64,000 nucleotides of DNA from NCBI RefSeq assembly GCF_030144855.1, contig NC_082728.1:29822001-29886000 (forward strand), read 5' to 3'. The stretch is from Hypanus sabinus. Taxonomy: Eukaryota. The position numbers and the translations under genes are program-made. The notes under the pieces were generated by a model, which was not told where the DNA came from, searched no databases, and worked only from the letters and a program-made list of their open reading frames with translations. Each line of letters opens with the position of its first letter. Positions within the stretch are counted from its first letter, which is position 1. This document shows positions 1 to 12,938 of this stretch, piece after piece.

Positions 1-774
1 AAGTCTGCAGAAAATCACACTATCTATTTTACTCCACCAGGACTCCAATGGAGCAGGTTAGGGAAAATTGAAGCTGATGGGCTGAAAGGAAAATAGCACT
101 GTTGACCTAGGGGAAACATAGATGAGTCTTGGTATTGGTACTTCAGGCAAGAAGTCTGTCCCATAATCTTACTGAACATCAGAGCAGATTAAAAAAATTT
201 GAAAACTGCTTAGTAAAGAATCTTACATTAACATTTCAATGCTCACACTTATTAACATCCGAAACCATGGAAGGTGACGGACGTTTCATTAGTTTGTTAC
301 CAAATTGCAAAATAATTAGTTGAAGTTTTATTTTACTAAGTTAACCAATAAGTTTGGAACTACTTACTCTTCTGCTATCATGACTATTTAGAAATACTTA
401 AGGAATTTACTTTTCTGTTATTTCCCACACTTGAATCCAAATGCTCACCTCCTTCCTCGGGAATATCTTAAAGCCTGAGAAAATACCTAGAAACATACAG
501 TATTTAGTTCTTGTATTATTGTTGCATAATAACAAAACAAGCAAACAGATTTCCCACTATTCAAAGTTTGCTATCAAACATGTACTGTGCTTTTACTTTG
601 AGTGCCTGGTGTTCACGAAACTAAAACCCCTCATACTGTTTCATTGCAAATGATAGTAGTTGAATGAAGAGTCAGATGAATTTGCTTTCATTTCATGCAA
701 ATGGTTCAGATAACTGCTTATCTTGGAATATCCAAGTTTATGACCTGCATGTTATCTCTTCATGCACTTATGCA

Positions 775-2945
775 AGTATCAGAATCAGGTTTATTATCAC
801 TGGCATGTGGTGTAAAATCTGTTAACTTAGCAACAGCAGTTCAATGCAATACGTAATCTAGCAAAGAAAAATAATAAACAAGTAAATCAATTACACATAT
901 TGAATAGATTAAAAAATGTGCAGAAACAGAAATGGTGTTTATTAAAAAAAAGTGAGGAGGTGTCCAAAAATTCAATGTCCATTTGGGAATCAGATGGCAG
1001 AGGGGAAGAAGCTGTTCCTGAATCGCTGAGTGTGCCTTCAGGCTTCTGTACCTCCTACCTGATGGTAAGTGAGAAAAGGGCATGCCCTGGATGCTGGAGG
1101 TCCTTAATAATGGACACCGCTTTTCTGAGGCACCACTCCCTGAAGATGTCCTGGGTTAATTTGTAGGCTGGTACCCAACATGGAACTGGCTAGATTTACA
1201 ACCTTCTGCAGCTTCTTTCGGTCCTGTCCATCCAGACAGTGATGCAGCCTGTCAGAATGCTCTCCTTGGTTTTCGAGTGTATTTATTGGCATGCCGAATC
1301 TCCTCAAACTCCTAATGAAGTATAGCCGGTGTCTTGTCTTCTTTACAACTGCATTGATACGTTGGGACCAGGTTAGACCCTCAGAGGTCCTGACACCCAG
1401 GAACTTGAAACTGCTCACTCTCTCCACTTCTGATCCCTCTGTGAGGATTAGTATGTGTTCCTTCATCTTACCCTTCTGGAAGTCCACAATTAGCTCTTTT
1501 GTCTTTCTGACATCAAGTGCCAGGTTGTTGCTGCGGCACCCTCCTGTATGCCCTCTTGTCACCACCTAACATTCTACTAACAATGGTTGTACCATCAGCA
1601 AATTTATAGATGGTATTTGAGCTATGTCTAGCCACACAGTCATAGGTATGGAGAGAGTAAAGCAGTGGGCTAAGCACACACCCAAGGTGCACCAGTGTTG
1701 ATCGTCAGTGAGAAGATATTATCACCAATCCACAGATTGTGGTCTTCCAGTTAGGAGGTTGAGGGTCCAAATGCAGAGGGAGGTCCAAAGGCCCAGGTTC
1801 TGCAACTTCTCAATCAGGATTGTGGGAATGATGGTATTAAATGCTGAGCTATAATCGATGAACAGCATCCTGACATAGGTGTTTGTATTGTCCAGGTGGT
1901 CCAAAGCTGAGTGAAAAGCCATTAAGATTGCCCCTGCCATTGACCACATTGACCAATTGTGGCGATATGCAGGAATTCAGTCTAGTCTAGTCATAACCAA
2001 CCTCTCAAAGCATTTCATCACTGTAGATGTGAGGCTACCAGGTGATGGTCATTAAGGCAGCCCACATTATTTTTCTTTGGCACTGGTATAATTGTTGCCT
2101 TTTTGAAGCACGTGGGAACTTCCGCCAGTAGTGGTGAGAGGTTGAAAATGTCCTTGAATACTCCCGCTAACAGGTTGGCATCGGTCTCTTGAGACAGAGA
2201 TCACAGGGTTATCAGGTGCAGCAGGGATCTTCACAGCTGTAGTTGTGTTCTCCCTTTGAAAGCATGCATAAAGGGTGTTGAGTTTATCTGGTAGTGAGGC
2301 ATTGCTGCCATTTATGCTATTGAGTTTCACTTTGTAGGAAGTAATGTCTTGCAGACCCTGCCAGAGTTACCATGCATCCAATGTCGCCTTCAGCCTCATT
2401 CGAAATTGTCTCTTCATCCTTGAAATAGCCCCTTGCAAATCATACCTGGTTTTTGGTACAGGTCTGGGTCACCAGACTTAAATGCCACAGATCTAGCCTT
2501 CAGAAGACAATGTACCTCCTGGTTCACCCACGGCTTTTGGTTTGGGAACGTACAGCAAGTCTTTGTGGGCACACACTCATCCACAGATTTTAATGAAATT
2601 GTTAACTGCAGCATACTCATCCAGGTTCGAAGATGAATCCTTGAATACAGTCCAGTCCACCGATTCAAAACAGTCCTGTAGACGTTCCTCTGCTTCCCTT
2701 GTCTAGACCTTCTTGTCCTCACTGCTGGTGCTGCAGTCTTCAGTCTCTGCCAATACAGGGTGTAGAAATACAGCTAGGCGATCAAACTTCCTCAAGTGAG
2801 AGTGTGGAATAGCACAGTAGGCATTCTTGATGAGGGTGTAGCAATGGTTCAGTGTGTTGTTTCATCTGGTACTTTAAGTGATCTGTTGATGGTAGTTGCT
2901 TAGTGATTTTTTCAGACTGGCCTGGTTAAAATCTCCCAAAACGAT
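775..2945 (-). mobile_element. Rex1/Babar-like LINE, 5'-truncated and frameshifted
   Basis: ORF fragments [33 protein letters not shown]; 3' tail AATAAACCTGATTCTGAT. Confidence 0.9.
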
Positions 2946-4330
2946 AAATCACCAGCCTTTATTGCAATTAAGACACAGACTATATATGCATAAATATTGG
3001 GAGGGGGCGAGGGTGAGGGTTGTCTGAACTTGGAAGCAGTGAAAACCCATTTCCCTTTCAAATGAGGTTCAGAACTGCTTCCATTCTTGTTCCAGGAGAG
3101 GACTTAATATAATGCAGCAAGAATTTAACTGGTTTTCTTTAGTAATTTAAAGCATAGCATCAGAATTAGGCCATTTGGCTCATTGAATCTGCTCTGCCAT
3201 AATGGACACTGCAACCAGAGATTGCTGAAACTACAGGATTAGGATTATAATTACATAAATATCTAATTACCTCAAAATGAACCAGGGCAACATGTTAACT
3301 TGATAATTGGTTGATTTTATATAACTAAAAAATGTATTAAATTACTAAAAACTGTTAATTTCTAGCAGACCATAATATGAAATATTCCCTAATATCTAGT
3401 ATCAAAATCATTGTCACAGAACAGAGGAAAAAAACTAATTTCTTATTGTCAAATCCCCCAATATTGTAATCAGCTTGATTTTTGGTTATAAACAAACTAA
3501 TCAGAAACCAAAATGAAACATATACCTGGAATAATGGTTAATAGAATAATAAATGTAGACTAAGAACAAACTTAATGTTAACATGGCAATTAATCAGAAC
3601 TCTTCACTCTTATATCCAATCAGAATCCTAACCCTAATCATCTGTTGGGTTTTGTACAAGTCTGATCAGCTCGTTGCAGCATGACTCAAGTTCTTTATCC
3701 AGGCCAGAATGACTTGCGTAGTCTCATTGCATATGTTCTCAATCAATATTTGGTATGTCATCCTCAACCAGATCAATAGCATATTATTTTTATGCTGATG
3801 GTTGAGTCAATTATTGATTAAGTAGGATATCAAGGTATCAATGTTTTAGACCCATGCAGATAACTAATGTGAAAAACCTTTGAATCTAGTCATGAACAAA
3901 ATGTTTTCTGAATTGAGAGCTTTAGGGTAAAGTCCAATTTATTCAGTGTACAACTTTATTTAGTTCAAGCAAAACTTGAACAGAAATATTAATCACCGGT
4001 AATAAAAATTATCTAATAATTCTGAGCTAACACTGATGTGATAATTGTTCAGAGCTCAGTGTTACTGTTAATTTGGAGAAAGTTTACAAAAATATCTTTA
4101 CAACATCAGATAATTGCACGAAAGAAATTGGTTATTTGACATTCCATGTTCTTAGATGGCTATATGTTTAGAATCACAATCACCAAGGAAGCAAACAAAA
4201 GATATCTACCAACAACAGAAAACTGTGATATTTATGAATTTAAAATCCTACAACTGAATTATTTTAATCTTGCACTGTAGTTTTATTCTTTAATTTAGGA
4301 TTCAAAGTTGGTCTCTTCCAGTGTTTCTTG

Positions 4331-4462
4331 TCACCTGGAAGAGCTGCGTTCCTTGCTCACACAGTCATCACGAGACTGAGAACTACAATCTTCCATCATA
4401 TTGCAGGCTCGTCTTTTCTTCCTTCGGTGGGTCATTCCATCTCCTTCAGCACCAGAGTCACA
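4331..4462 (-). CDS. JMJD6: JMJD6 last coding exon ([43 protein letters not shown])
   Basis: Translated by hand; actag|TGT acceptor; basic NLS RRKKRR; TGA at 4333-4331; spliced CDS 1212 bp = 403 aa. Confidence 0.96.
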   Translation of the reverse strand, partial: CDSGAEGDGMTHRRKKRRACNMMEDCSSQSRDDCVSKERSSSR

Positions 4463-6639
4463 CTAGTTTTCAAAGGAAAAAAAATTAACTTGTTAAGAGA
4501 AAAGTGAACATATATTTTCTATAGAATTACATTAACATTGATCTATAATGCACATTTTCTTTCAATTATATTCTTCTTCCCCCACCCATAGAAACTAATG
4601 ATATTATCTATAAAAAGTGTAAAATATAAAAAACAATATTCAGTTGACTATTATAATTGAGCAATTACATTAAACTGTCATGCAATGACAAGAGCTATAT
4701 GATAATGGAAATAACACAAATATGCCATGATACCATGAGCCCCTTTATACAAATATTTATGGAGCTGCATGAGAGAAAAAAAGCGTATATGACATAGCTA
4801 CGTGTACTGCTTTATGAAACAGAACAGGGCTTTAAGTTGGTCCTTTAGGTGATGCTAAACAAAGCCTTGCTGTGATGTTATATCAGTCCTGGACTACTCC
4901 AAAATCTGAAGTGCATTCCTACAGTATTGGCAAACAATACCAAACATGTTAAAAGAAAACAGGAAACAAGTTTAAACATGGTAAATAAATTGAGGAAAAA
5001 TTGGCAGAAATTGTAATACTTTAGGGCATACTTACATGGCAAAAATTTAAAAAAAAACTATACAAGATTAGCTTAGTCTCAAATCTTCAGAGTAAAGCAG
5101 AAGCAATTATTTAAAGAGATTTAAGGAGGGCAGAAAGAATAGACAGTAAACTAAAAAGGGATACTAGAAATATCAATGAATATTTTAAGGATTTTTTGTA
5201 AACAAAAGGTCTACAGTAGCAATGGAATGAACAATAAATGAATTTCAAAATGCGCAATTTAAAAGTAAACAGGCAAATTACAGTTACATGAGAAAGTAGC
5301 CAAATTCACAAAGTGTGCATTAGTTTAAAAATGTAGCATAAAATTCTAGGATTACAGGAAACTTTCAGAACTCCATAGTATTCATGAAAATGGTACTAAA
5401 AACGGCTTTATCAAGGTGCATCAAACTGTTCCTTATACAACACTGATGTCACAATGTAAATATTATACAATCAGCAGTTACAATCAAGATGGTCATTATT
5501 CTTAAAAACCCATGGCATCACCAAGAGTTTGTTAGATGAAGCCGAATGTTGTCATTTGAACAGCAAGTTGTTTACATTGTGGGAAACACACCCTGCACTC
5601 ATCAATACCTGCTTTAATAACAAATATAAACTAACTACTTAAATAGGAGATCTGGTGAACTGGATAAACCATATCAGCATGAAATAAATACACCACATAT
5701 AGAAATTACTCTCCTTGACTTGTACCTCAATTCCACAGCTACTTCAGCCCAAGGCCAATAGTTGGATCAACATACTATAATGCTCAAGTCTGCATTAGTT
5801 TATAGCTCAGTCTAAAGAGGTCACCCCTAAAATTTAAGAGTTTACCATATCTGCAAAAATATTCTGAGTTGCTTTTCCTGGTTTCCTCCATGCTTTCTGT
5901 GAATAGAGGAAGCATAAGATTTTACCCCCTTTCAATTTCCCCATCTGTGAAAGATTCTGCACTTATTTACAAATTCTTACAGACTTCCTACTCTAATATT
6001 CTAGTTTTAAAACAGCCTTTTCCAAAAAGCTGTGATGTAGAAGGAAGCTTATTTTGTACAAAGCAATGTAAATAAATAACACCAGACTCACAGTAGCAGG
6101 TAAAGAAATAAACTCCTCCAAACAATAATATGATCTTCCTGGGATATTTGGTGGATCTCATTTGGAACTTATTTTTATACTGGGAAATATAGCTTGCCAT
6201 GTTCTATATTTATTTCTTGACCATTACTGAAATGGCTAATGCAAGTTCCAGCCATTTTTGTACCATGAGTTCAGGTTAGTTGAACCAACCAGCCTTGGGT
6301 TAATTTCACGTGTTGGAAGGAAGAAGAAAAAATCAGTTTGTTGAACAATAAACCAAGGAGCTTGCAACAAAATATCTATCAGAATCTAACAATAGGCAAT
6401 GAAAAAGATCTTCTTTTAATGCTGTGTACTGCCATAGCGTTTTGTCATGAAGGAGCAATTTTTGTTTGAGATTTCAGGGCAGATACATTTAGAAGAATTG
6501 AAGGAATGCATTCTTGCAACAAAACAGTTTGTTTAGTTTTCATTTTCTGTAGAAAGTGGTGTAATGGGTTTGGCTACTCTAGGACTACTTGATAATTACA
6601 CAGATCCACTTTTGAAGTATAAACATATTTACTAGCTGG

Positions 6640-6885
6640 AGGTACAATTCAATCTATAAGCGCAAGGCATATATTTAGAGTGAGGATTAAAAGATTTAGA
6701 GGCGGTCTGAAGAATGTTTCCACCCATGAATGTCGGTACTTAAACATTTCAGTGTCTGGATAACCAGTTAAATCGTTAATACATGGCAATTTATTAACAT
6801 GGACCAAGTTCTGGGAAGAGATAGGTGCTGACAGTAGACATTAACATGGTGAGCTGAAGAGCTCGTTTCCGGTGGACAATTCTAT
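6640..6885 (+). mobile_element. Old CR1 3'-end remnant
   Basis: Degenerate version of the CR1 tail seen in younger copies (ggtgagctgaagagctcgtttcc...ttctat). Confidence 0.5.
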
Positions 6886-9879
6886 TTGCCAAATTATCAT
6901 ATTCAGCATGGATTGGTGAGTGCTTTGAATGTAAAGTACACTAATTTGTATCATACATCAAATGTGAAGTGCTAATAGCTTATTGCATTTTACATTGTGA
7001 GAAATAAAACCATTAAACTAAACTCATAAATTATTCCATGTATGCATAGAACTCAATTACTTAAAAGTATGCCTATTTTTCCAACAAAAATGATGATAAT
7101 TTCCAGAATCAATATTTCAACCATCTTGAATATTAGAATAACTGGTCCTCATTTTTCTTAAAATGATTGCAGACAATATTTGTCTATTTCATTCTATTTC
7201 AACTGGGTAATTTTTGCTGATATATCAAAAGGACAGCTTACACAAGTTCGTAACTGAAGCAGTATTATTTCAAAGCATTCGACCTGACTTGATGCACAAC
7301 CTTTCATATTTTCTCTCGTAGAAAGACCTCTCTTTATTAACTTTATAAAATAACTCAGTCTCATCTCATTTGTAGCCGAAATTCTCATTCACACAAAAAA
7401 CTCACCCAACTGTACTATTTTTATAATGTTCCTCTAAGCCACCATCCCAGTCAACACACTGCTCTGAGTTCAAAACTTATAAGCTAACAGTCATGTTTAA
7501 AGTCCTTCACGTTATTAGCGTTACTAATCACTATAGATCCTCCAGTCCTACTAAACTCCCCATCCCAACGTTGGCAGACATATCATCAAATATTTAGTAC
7601 CAATATTCAGGAATGCCTTCCATAAAATTATTAGAATTACAGAAAGTAACTGTTTATTCATGTTATATTTATTGAATTGTTTAACAGTGGCAACTTAGGA
7701 TACAACACTAAGATGCTCGTTACTGGAAGGAAATCAGTTGATCTATCACACCAACTGAAGCTTTATGCAAGAAAACTCCATAGCCCTTTATCTTGACTTT
7801 GCCAATTCTTTCTTTTCAGATACTTACCCAGCTTCCTTGTAAACCCTACAATTAAATCTGCATTCATTACAAAGTCATGCAGTGTATTCTACCTCAAAAC
7901 CAGTCACCATGTAAAGATTTTGCTTCATGACATTTTCATATTGCTTCAGCTTCCTTTCCTCCCTATTTAAAGTGCAATGCTTCAGTTAAAACTGAAGTCA
8001 CCATCACACTTTTATCTTTTGTTTCAAACCATTTCTGTCCGATTACATCTCTATAAATGTGAGAAATATGTTGAAGATATGGCAAGCTGCATGTGTCAGA
8101 GAATTAGTAACCGAACTGAATCATAAAATCAATGATTACTTCCAACTGAAAGAATGATGACTGAAATTTTGAGTAGGTGTACTGTGTGTCTTCAATTGTG
8201 CTGTGAATGCATTGCGCAAGATATGTAACTGGGAACTATAGAAGGAAGGTTGACTCAATAAAGTACAAATGCAGTAATCGCTAATTTAGTAATGATTAAA
8301 AATGATCAGGTAATGATATGTATATCTGAATTTGACAGAAAGAATTAGAAAGTGAAAATTTGGAATGAAAACAGTTGAAGATGCATTTCTGGCAACTTCA
8401 CAGTTAACATTCCACTTAGGGTGACAATAAGGTTAAGAATCAAATCATTTTTTTCTATTGGAATTAACTGCTGAAATAATTCAAAAAATAACACATTTAT
8501 AAATAACTGGTAAATTAGTCTGGTTCGAGCAGGTATTGATTTTTCTTACTCAAAGTTAAAATGCTTCCTGAATCACAGGTACATGGATGTTCAAATTATA
8601 TTAGCCATGATTGCTTAACTAGAGAATTTTTTGAAAGCTTCTTTTCCTACAATAACCTTATGGTACCTAAGGTTACCATAATAACATTATAACAATAACA
8701 TTACGAAATGTTATTTATTAAATAAGTGAATGTATTTTCCTTTTGAGATACAAGATCAGTGAGGTACAAAAACAACCTGGAATCAGTATGAGCGTTTCTG
8801 ATCATCTCAGCTATTTGTCTTATGGACAGTTTCCATTTGTTGTAGCTATCTTCCTCACTCTCCACAATACTTCGGAATGTACTTCCTACATTTACATTTT
8901 CCTTAGTCCTATCTTTCCCAGAAATCTCTCCATGTCTTTGTCTATATTTTGTTTTTCTTTCCCCTGCACTGCTGTAATAAATTTTAAGAAAGGGAAATAG
9001 GAAAAAAGTGGAAAAGAACAAGAAAGAAACAAATTAAATGTCTAATTAAAATAATCATAGCCACAAATTGCATGATTGAGGTTAGATGCTCAACTTACAT
9101 AGACAATGCTCCATTTTTTCCATTTTTCTTCCCCAGTTAAATATTTTTGCATGTATTCCTACTGTTCTAATATTTTCTTTCAAATTTTTATGAAAAACTA
9201 AGTAGACTTTAACGATTTAATTGACTTTTACAAAGAAAATTAATTTTCCTGATCTATTGTTGGAGTCCTCTTAATAGACTGAAAACCCACACAAGTAAAT
9301 AAAGTACATTAGTGAAGTGTTTTGTGCTCTAATATTGTTTGTATTCCAAACCTATGTGCAACTATTTTCCACCCTATCCATTTCAAGCACCTCAGCTTGG
9401 CTTGCTGACTTGTTTATTAAGATACATTTGCTTTCAAGTATTAAATTTCTTACTTAGTCTTAACCACATCTGTTTTAGAAAGCTCATTATTCTGCTTGCT
9501 AAAACTTAATGGCTGATTTACAATCAGAATCTAATGCAGACATTAGGACTTCCTTTAATTCAAATGACCGGTCCTCTAAATGGTTAACACTGCAATAAAC
9601 ATCACCAGGCTAAGTGAAGACCATGTTAAAACCTTTCAATGTGAGACCAAAATCTTATTTTGATGAGCAGGTGCATATTGCTATTTGCACAGATACAGAA
9701 ACAAATCTTCATGAGTTATCAAGAATTACATATTGAATTCCTTCCTTGCTTGATTTTCAAAATTTGGGTTTTCCATTATAATTACAAGAATGGATCTCAT
9801 AGATTTAACTAAACATATATTCCATTATTTATTCCATTCCTTGCTTATGGCAGCATTAATGAAATCAACTTAATGATTA

Positions 9880-10095
<216 letters not shown>

Positions 10096-10281
10096 TTAAT
10101 AAACTTACACTTAGACCAATACTTATAGAAAACTAATTGGTTTAAGTTGTATGCCACAACTAATTTGAAATTACAAGTCTATTTGTTTACTTTTGTGTCA
10201 TATTACACTAAAGCCACTAATTTTTAAACTCCAACCTGACCTCAGCATTCTTAGCTGCAACAGAAGTTTCAACTCTTGAAA

Positions 10282-11075
10282 TAGTTGATTCCAGTTAACT
10301 GGGACGCATCAGGACCAGTATAATTTGGCTCAGTTAAGCAGATGGCCAAATAGCTGGTTTCATGGAAATTGTTATAAAGGTATAAAAAAGATGAACCAAG
10401 CAACAAATTATGTATTTAAATGAAACAGAACAAATGAAAACACTACCAAGAGCACAATAGTGCTATAAAAGTGTGTGTTATTTCATAATAGTTAGTAAAG
10501 GCATTTATCTGGTGTATGCAATGAACAAAATCAGTGCAGACACCGAGTATAGATAACAGACTGCTTTCATACAAAAGTATCAACAATTGAATCCTCCAAA
10601 GCTTCATTTTCATTGTAATTCAAGACAATTGCCAATAAATATCTTCAAATTCTTCTTAGTTCCTAACTTGAAGTACTGAAATGACTTGATTTTCACTCCC
10701 AGCTGTTTCTGGCATCTCCAAAATAAAACCTAAATATAGTGAGCAAAATAGTACAGAATTGTCTTACCGCTTATTTATTGCCAACTATCAGAGACCAAAA
10801 TCACTACCTTTGAACACAAACACACTCAACTGATGCTATTTGAAAAATGTCCACTCTAAGCATGCTGTAGCATAAAATGGCCATACTAGTGTGCATAACT
10901 GACACTAGCTAGAAACTGTTTGGCAACAATCTCCTGCCCCAATTAAGTGGTATAGTGTCCCAAATAAAGTATGAGAGTCTCAGCAATTTTCTTTTTTAGT
11001 TTTTGTTCTTCAAGTGTTGTCTCAAATAAGTAGCTACCCTGATTAACAGCTGGCCCAGTTAACCAGAATCCACTG
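10282..11075. mobile_element. Non-autonomous Tigger/pogo-like DNA transposon
   Basis: Imperfect 24-bp TIRs: TAGTTGATTCCAGTTAACTGGGAC vs reverse complement CAGTGGATTCTGGTTAACTGGGCC; TA follows the right end; no ORF. Confidence 0.75.
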
Positions 11076-11339
11076 TATTTATTATCCTCATTTGCAGAAC
11101 TAAAGAACAAGGACAACTTTGCTCTCTACAGCTGACACACCACCACCTTAGTGCAAGATTCTCATGGTATTCTAGCTGTTCAGCTCTTCATGTGAATTAT
11201 TTTATCAGGAAAGCAACAAAGGAAAATAATAAAAATAGAAGACACATTTGATCCAAGGCTCTTCAAATAATTATATAATTATTTTATTAGGAGAAAATAA
11301 ACTATTATTTTGATCATGAACAGTAAGTAAAAGAGTTTG

Positions 11340-11589
11340 CACGAAGTACACTGCAGATACTGGGGTCAAAGCAACACGCACAACAAGCTGAAGGAACTCA
11401 GCAGGTCGGGTAGCATCTGTAGAAACGAGCAGTCAACCTTGTGGGCCGAGACCCTCCGTCAGGACTGAAGCGGGAGGGGGCAGGGCTGCTGCCTCCCTCT
11501 TCAGTCCTGACGGAGGGCCTCGGCCCAAAACGTTGACTGCTCGTTTCTACGGATGCTGCCCGACCTGCTGAGTTCCTCCAGCCTGTTGT
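11340..11589. mobile_element. Palindromic Penelope-LTR-derived non-autonomous element with degenerate hammerhead motifs
   Basis: About 97-bp inverted arms (11380-11477 / 11492-11589); arm sequence shared with Penelope tail fragments at 52825-52875 and 60910-61030. Confidence 0.8.
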
Positions 11590-11689
11590 AAGTAAAGAGT
11601 TTGTTAGATCTACTGGGTACAAAAGCATAATGACAACTGTGGCTGACAAAGGAAGACAATAGGTACACCACACATAAATATAGCAAAAC

Positions 11690-12520
11690 CTAAAGGGAAG
11701 TTAGAGAATTAGAGGCTTTTAAAAAAGAAGGCAACTAAAAAAGCAACAAGGAGAGAAAAAGATGAAATATGAAGGTAAGCTAGCTAATAATATAAAAGAG
11801 GATACCAAAAGATGTTTTCCCCCAGATGTATAAAGAGTAAAAGAGGTGAGAATGGATAATGGACCACTAGAAAATGATGCTGAAGAGAGTAATGGGGGAA
11901 CAAAGAAATGGTGGACAATCACTAAGTATTATGTTAGTCTTCACTGTGGAATATACCAGCAGTATTTGAGTGTGTCAGGAAGCAGAAGTGAGTGCAGTTG
12001 CTATTACAAAAGTGAAGATGCTTGAGAAGCGAAAAGGTCTGAAGGTAGACAAGCCACCTGGACCAGATGGAATACACCCCAATACTTCTGAAAGAGATGG
12101 CTGAAGAGATTGTGGAGGCATTGGTAATGATCTTCCAAGAATCACTAGATTCTGGAATGGTTCCAGAGGACTCAAAAATTGCAAATGTCACTCAAATCTA
12201 AGAAGGGAGTGAGACAATTGAAAGGAAATTGTAGGCAGTTAGCCTGACTTCAGTGGCTTGGAAGATGTTTCAGAGTACTTGAAGGCACGTGATAAAATAG
12301 GCCACTGTTCGCATGGTTTTCTTAAGGGGAAATCTTGCCTGACAAACCTGTTGAAATTCTTTGAGGACATAACAGGCAGGATAGACCAAGGAGTCAGTGA
12401 ATGTTGTTTACTAAGGTGTCGCGCTCAAGGCTGCTTAACAAGATCGAACTCGGGGTATTACAGAGAAGATACCAGCATGGATAGAAGATGGGCTGACAAG
12501 TATAAGGCAATGAGTGGAAG
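11690..12520 (+). mobile_element. CR1 LINE ORF2 fragment (decayed)
   Basis: HGFLKGKSCLTNLLKFFED; KPPGPDGIHP-like segment. Confidence 0.9.
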
Positions 12521-12802
12521 CTTACATATGACCTTCTGATTCAAGAGACCAACTACAGCGCAGGCATTTTCACACAAAGTCAAAACTGTAAGTTTTTCAG
12601 TCCATTCAATAGCTTAATTATCTACTACCTTAAACTCCAGGCAACATGCATCACAGGAAACTGAAGTAATACATAAGAAAAAAAAATATTTTCTATTCAC
12701 TACTATTTCTGAAGTAATTTACATCAGGCACAATCAAACATTTCAAAAGCAGTATCTCCTGAATCTAAGCTTCATTCCGAAGAATACTCTGTCTGAAATT
12801 AC

Positions 12803-12938
12803 CTGTACCACTTTCTGGACAATTTAGGGCGTCCTCTGACGGTTTTATGCCAGACCACAGGAAAGTTGGTTGCGCTGGCAAAATTTTGAGTAACAGCAAT
12901 AGTATGATCCATATTGAGTACCACGTGCCACCATCCAC
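12803..12938 (-). CDS. JMJD6: JMJD6 coding exon 4 ([45 protein letters not shown])
   Basis: Translated by hand (absent from ORF track); third iron ligand His and RGRP AT-hook-like motif; AG/GT flanks; 136 bp. Confidence 0.97.

Noticed and set aside
2945-2963. Minus-strand AATAAA right next to the 5'-truncated end of the Rex1-like LINE, as the JMJD6 poly(A) site
   Set aside because: Several equally good AATAAA lie closer to the stop (4282, 3955, 3938); cannot choose without 3'-end data.
8653-8676. Small palindrome TAACCTTA-TGGTACC-TAAGGTTA
   Set aside because: An 8-bp stem is expected by chance in AT-rich DNA.
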